Assembly: GCA_963663475.2 (NCBI GenBank)
Contig: CAXXJV010000001.1
Span: 2,048,001-2,112,000, forward strand
Source: Candidatus Cloacimonadales bacterium
Lineage (GTDB): Bacteria; Cloacimonadota; Cloacimonadia; Cloacimonadales; JAFGVF01
Length of the DNA stretch: 64,000 nucleotides
Direction: 5' to 3'
Shown: positions 60,412-64,000 of the stretch, one piece after another
How the letters are laid out: every line of letters begins with the position of its first letter
How positions within the stretch are numbered: position 1 is the first letter of the stretch
The notes under the pieces: generated by a model
Databases searched by the model: none
The model's input: only the letters and a program-made list of their open reading frames with translations
What the model was told of the DNA's origin: nothing
Translations under genes and position numbers: made by a program

Positions 60412-61032
60412 ATGGTTAATGATGTTATTGTTAATTTGAAGTTTGATGCTAATGTGTTAAGTACAGTTGTATCAATAATTAGCATTTTAGTAAGTGCAGG
60501 TTTAGTTATAGCCCAGATAGTAAATACTGTTCGAGTAAAAAAACTTGAAAGCAACTTGAAGAATAAAGGGAGAATTTTTGAGGATAGATATGTTAAAACT
60601 ACACAAATTTTAGAAAGTGTGTGGTCATCTAAAAGCAAGCTAGATATCCTTTTGAATAGACTCGTTTATATTAGTAAGGACCCACAATACAGCAAATTAA
60701 GGTTGGACTATATACGAATGTACTCTGAGTTCTTGAATGAAAGAAATGTTTCAACCATATTTTCCTCTAGTAGCAAGTATTGGTTAGGTGATTCTCTTTA
60801 TAATGAGATTATTCACGAAACCAAACTTAGCGAACAAATACTCGAGGAACTATTTAAACTTAAGAATTTCTTTGAGTCAATACCCCTTGGAAATATTGAT
60901 AATAATAGCTCTGTTATTGTTTCAGCAATTGAACAAACTTATGGAGATAAGCTTAATTCTCTAATAAAAGAGCATTATGCTGTCATTAAAAACTTTGAAC
61001 AGATGTGTATTGAAAAATTTCCCGAAAATTAG
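60412..61032 (+). CDS. Hypothetical protein with N-terminal TM anchor (probable distant paralogue of 59802)
   Basis: AAGGAG RBS, one hydrophobic helix, shared motifs. Confidence 0.75.
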   Translation: MVNDVIVNLKFDANVLSTVVSIISILVSAGLVIAQIVNTVRVKKLESNLKNKGRIFEDRYVKTTQILESVWSSKSKLDILLNRLVYISKDPQYSKLRLDYIRMYSEFLNERNVSTIFSSSSKYWLGDSLYNEIIHETKLSEQILEELFKLKNFFESIPLGNIDNNSSVIVSAIEQTYGDKLNSLIKEHYAVIKNFEQMCIEKFPEN

Positions 61033-61043
61033 TGAGAACAAGT

Positions 61044-61925
61044 ATGAACCACTTTGATAAAATGATGTATGAGTATTACCGAGTGTTGAATAATGCCTGG
61101 AAGGGACAGATAAAAGTATCTGCTAAGCAAGCTATTCAGATGCTGAGTGACTTACCTAAACATGAGAGGCTTAAAGATAGCCCTATAGAAGATATTGTGC
61201 AAGTAGTCAATATGAAATATGGGTGAAGAGTTTGCTTCGCTTGTAAGGCAGGAAACAAAGGCTTTTACCACTAAATCTATGCGATTAGGTATTAATGATG
61301 CTGTTAAAGATGTGAAGTCTAATATATCAATAGGGCTGTATGGGATTAGACAACAGAAGTTAGAGACTCAGATCAATAAGCAAAACCTTTTCTGGATTGG
61401 TAATAAGTTTGGTACTGATATGGAAGCAGGCTTTAAGAAAAGCTTGATAGAAGCTGTTTCATCAGGCTATACTAAAGAGATGCTTGCTAATAAACTTCAG
61501 GAGCAATTTCAACACCTGGGCAAGCAATCAACTGTCTATTGGCAAGGCTTAGCAGAACATACTGGACTAAGGATTAGAGAGTTTGGAAGATTAGAAGGTT
61601 ATAAGGTTATAAGAAAGCAGGAGCCAGAGGTTATAGATTGTTAGTTATCCTGGATGATAGAACTTCTGAGATATGCCAGGCTTTAGCAGCTGAGGATAGA
61701 GTCTATCCACTTGATGAAGCTATTGATACTATGGAGAGCTTGCTTAGTATTGATACAACTAAAAGTGAATTAGCTGAAGTGAAGGAGCAAACTAAAAAGC
61801 TTGCTCCCTGGGTTTCTGAAAATCAAATCAGATATGAAAATGATAAGCCTGTAGGAGTTAATGGGGACCATACTCCCTTTCCTCCTTTTCATTGGAAGTG
61901 TAGGACTACTACGGTTGTGGTTTAG
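61044..61925 (+). pseudogene. Phage head morphogenesis (MuF / SPP1 gp7-like) gene split by two frameshifts
   Basis: Three overlapping ORFs join into one protein with LDDRTSEIC and PPFHWKCRT; +1 bp near 61218 and an 8-bp duplication at 61595-61610. Confidence 0.8.
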
Positions 61926-61966
61926 GGTGATGAAAATATCATATTATCAGGTAAATTATTAAATCA

Positions 61967-61994
61967 TTGACAAATTTTTTGTGAAAAGTATGAT
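61967..61994 (+). promoter_or_regulatory. Sigma70-like promoter
   Basis: TTGACA-16-TATGAT upstream of 62052. Confidence 0.6.
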
Positions 61995-62051
61995 TGATTT
62001 AATAATTGAAGGTAGATTATAATATGATCAAATACTTATAGGAAAAATTAA

Positions 62052-64000
62052 ATGAGCAATGTTATGAAACAAACTAATTCTTTTTTAGAAGCTTATGGAA
62101 TCAGTTACTCGGGAACTCTAAGAAAAATTAAGAAATCTGATAACAAGATGAGACCAATTTTTGAAGCATTTACAAACTCCTTGGAAGCAATAAAAATTAA
62201 GAACTCAACATTACGAGGATGTATTGTTATAAAATTGATTATTATCAGAGATTTGTATGATAATATTGACGATATTGAGCTTGAAATACAAGACAATGGG
62301 ATAGGATTTAACGAACAAGAATTTAAACGATTGGAAAATTTAAATGATGATGGTAAAGGATTCCTAAATAAAGGTACTGGCAGAATACAACTTATACATT
62401 TTTTTAAGTATTGTGAATATAAGAGTATTTACAAAAATCTTTCTTCTGAAACTGGATATAGTGAAAGATGTTTTAAACTTTCAAAATCAAAAGAATATTT
62501 AGCGAACAATACTATAATATTCTTCAAGTATTTTAATGATGTAGAGGCAAACGATTCACAAACTGTTTTACAACTCAAGTCTATTCTTAATGATAGTGAT
62601 AAAGAATTTTATTCGAAATTAAAGTTAACTGATTTGAAAGAAATGATGATACAGCATTATCTAGCATATTTCTGCGAAAACAAAGGCCTCTTACCTTCAA
62701 TTAAACTTGAGCATTATGTCAATGATGATATTATCTGTAAAATGGAAATAACTGACTCTGATATACCGAATATTGACTCTCAATCTTCTTTCAAAATAGA
62801 TTATTATGTTATACCTAAATATCTATCCGATATGCATGTTTCAGACAAACAAGAAACTTTCCAAATAAAAGCATTTAAAATCAATAAGAACCAACTCAAA
62901 GCTAATAATATCTTTTTAACAAGTAAAAATGAAATAGCAAATTGTATTGATTTTCCATTTATGCTTGAAGGTGATTCTATTAATGATAACCGATATCTTT
63001 TCCTTATATCTAGTACATATTTTGATAGCAAAGAAACAGATGTGCGAGGTAAAATCATACTAAAAACTAAGGAAAGTTTTGCTAAATCTATTAGTTATAA
63101 TTCAGAGATAGAGGAAAAAGAAGAAATCTTATTAGATAGTTTACAAGAAAAGGTATATAGCTTTATTATAGATAATTATCCTGAAATTCAAGAGAAATCA
63201 AGAATTAAATCTAAACAAGTTGATAGATTACAAGAATTATTTTTGTTAAACAAGAAAACCATTGAATCATTAAAGTTTAAAATAAATGATACTGATGATA
63301 TGATTTTGAAGAAAATATACAAAGCCGATGCAGAGATTTCTGCTACTAAAGATGCAGAACTTTATAAGCAATATCAAGAACTTGATGAATTAGATCCTTC
63401 CACCGAAGAGTATCAAGAGCAGATAAAAAATAAAGTTTCACAACTAGTTAAATCTATACCAATTCAAAATAGAACATCATTAACTCAATATGTTGCAAGA
63501 AGAAAGATTGTATTAGAGGTCTTTGATAAAATATTAAATTATGAAATCGAGAAACTAAAAAATAGTAAACGCATTGATGAAAATTTATTACATAATCTTA
63601 TATTTAAACAATCCTCTAGCCAACCAGATGAAAGTGATTTGTGGTTGATAAACGAAGATTTTATTTATTTTACAGGGTTTTCTGAAAAAAGATTAAGGGA
63701 TATTAGAATAGATAATCAGAAGCTTTTTAGCAGAAAATTTACTGAGGAGGAGGATAGGTACTTGCATTCACTTAGTGAAGATAGATTAAGTAAAAGACCA
63801 GATATTTTGCTTTTTCCCAAAGAAGGAAAATGTATAATAATTGAATTTAAAGCTCCTGATGTAAATGTTTCAGAACATTTAACACAGATAGATTTCTATG
63901 CAAGTTTAATTAGGAACTATACTAATAAAGATTTCAAGATCCTTACTTTCTTTGGATTCCTCATAGGTGAAAGTATCGAAGATAGGGATGTGAGGGGACG
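62052..64000 (+). CDS. GHKL (MORC-like) ATPase fused to a PD-(D/E)XK nuclease-like domain, 3'-truncated
   Basis: Not in the ORF track because it runs off the edge. Manual translation: FEAFTNSLEA, QDNGIGF, NKGTGR; later ENLLHNLIF, LWLINE, RPDILLF...IIIEFK, QIDFYA. Confidence 0.82.
   Translation, partial: MSNVMKQTNSFLEAYGISYSGTLRKIKKSDNKMRPIFEAFTNSLEAIKIKNSTLRGCIVIKLIIIRDLYDNIDDIELEIQDNGIGFNEQEFKRLENLNDDGKGFLNKGTGRIQLIHFFKYCEYKSIYKNLSSETGYSERCFKLSKSKEYLANNTIIFFKYFNDVEANDSQTVLQLKSILNDSDKEFYSKLKLTDLKEMMIQHYLAYFCENKGLLPSIKLEHYVNDDIICKMEITDSDIPNIDSQSSFKIDYYVIPKYLSDMHVSDKQETFQIKAFKINKNQLKANNIFLTSKNEIANCIDFPFMLEGDSINDNRYLFLISSTYFDSKETDVRGKIILKTKESFAKSISYNSEIEEKEEILLDSLQEKVYSFIIDNYPEIQEKSRIKSKQVDRLQELFLLNKKTIESLKFKINDTDDMILKKIYKADAEISATKDAELYKQYQELDELDPSTEEYQEQIKNKVSQLVKSIPIQNRTSLTQYVARRKIVLEVFDKILNYEIEKLKNSKRIDENLLHNLIFKQSSSQPDESDLWLINEDFIYFTGFSEKRLRDIRIDNQKLFSRKFTEEEDRYLHSLSEDRLSKRPDILLFPKEGKCIIIEFKAPDVNVSEHLTQIDFYASLIRNYTNKDFKILTFFGFLIGESIEDRDVRG

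Overview
AT-rich bacterial chromosomal window. The lineage is probably Candidatus Cloacimonadota or a related FCB-group diderm anaerobe; this is inferred from several secreted proteins ending in a FlgD-Ig/T9SS-like YPNPFN...K C-terminal domain plus LPS genes. Left to right it holds: a gingipain-like C25 protein (cut by the left edge) divergent from a 1672-aa adhesin; an msbA-tagD-glycosyltransferase LPS locus; a tatD-tcdA-DUF2851 operon ending in an unusual TerB-like/FHA-like/ABCG-type transporter fusion and a lipoprotein; glmM; a PpiD-like chaperone; a secreted nuclease; an M18 peptidase; umuDC, xerD, guaB, panCD, murJ and waaA; three identical tRNA-Asp genes; a MarR-CDF metal efflux unit with a visible tandem operator; iorAB divergent from tnaA; valS; and redox genes. 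From about 59.4 kb there is an accessory region with two membrane-anchored orphan paralogues, a doubly frameshifted phage MuF/gp7-like gene and a GHKL ATPase-PD-(D/E)XK nuclease fusion (cut by the right edge). Intergenic DNA carries at least three dispersed repeat families: a long perfect palindrome (3 copies), a fold-back MITE-like element with IS982-like ends (6 or more copies) and a short module that nests inside other repeats. All family assignments come from reading motifs by eye; no searches were run.
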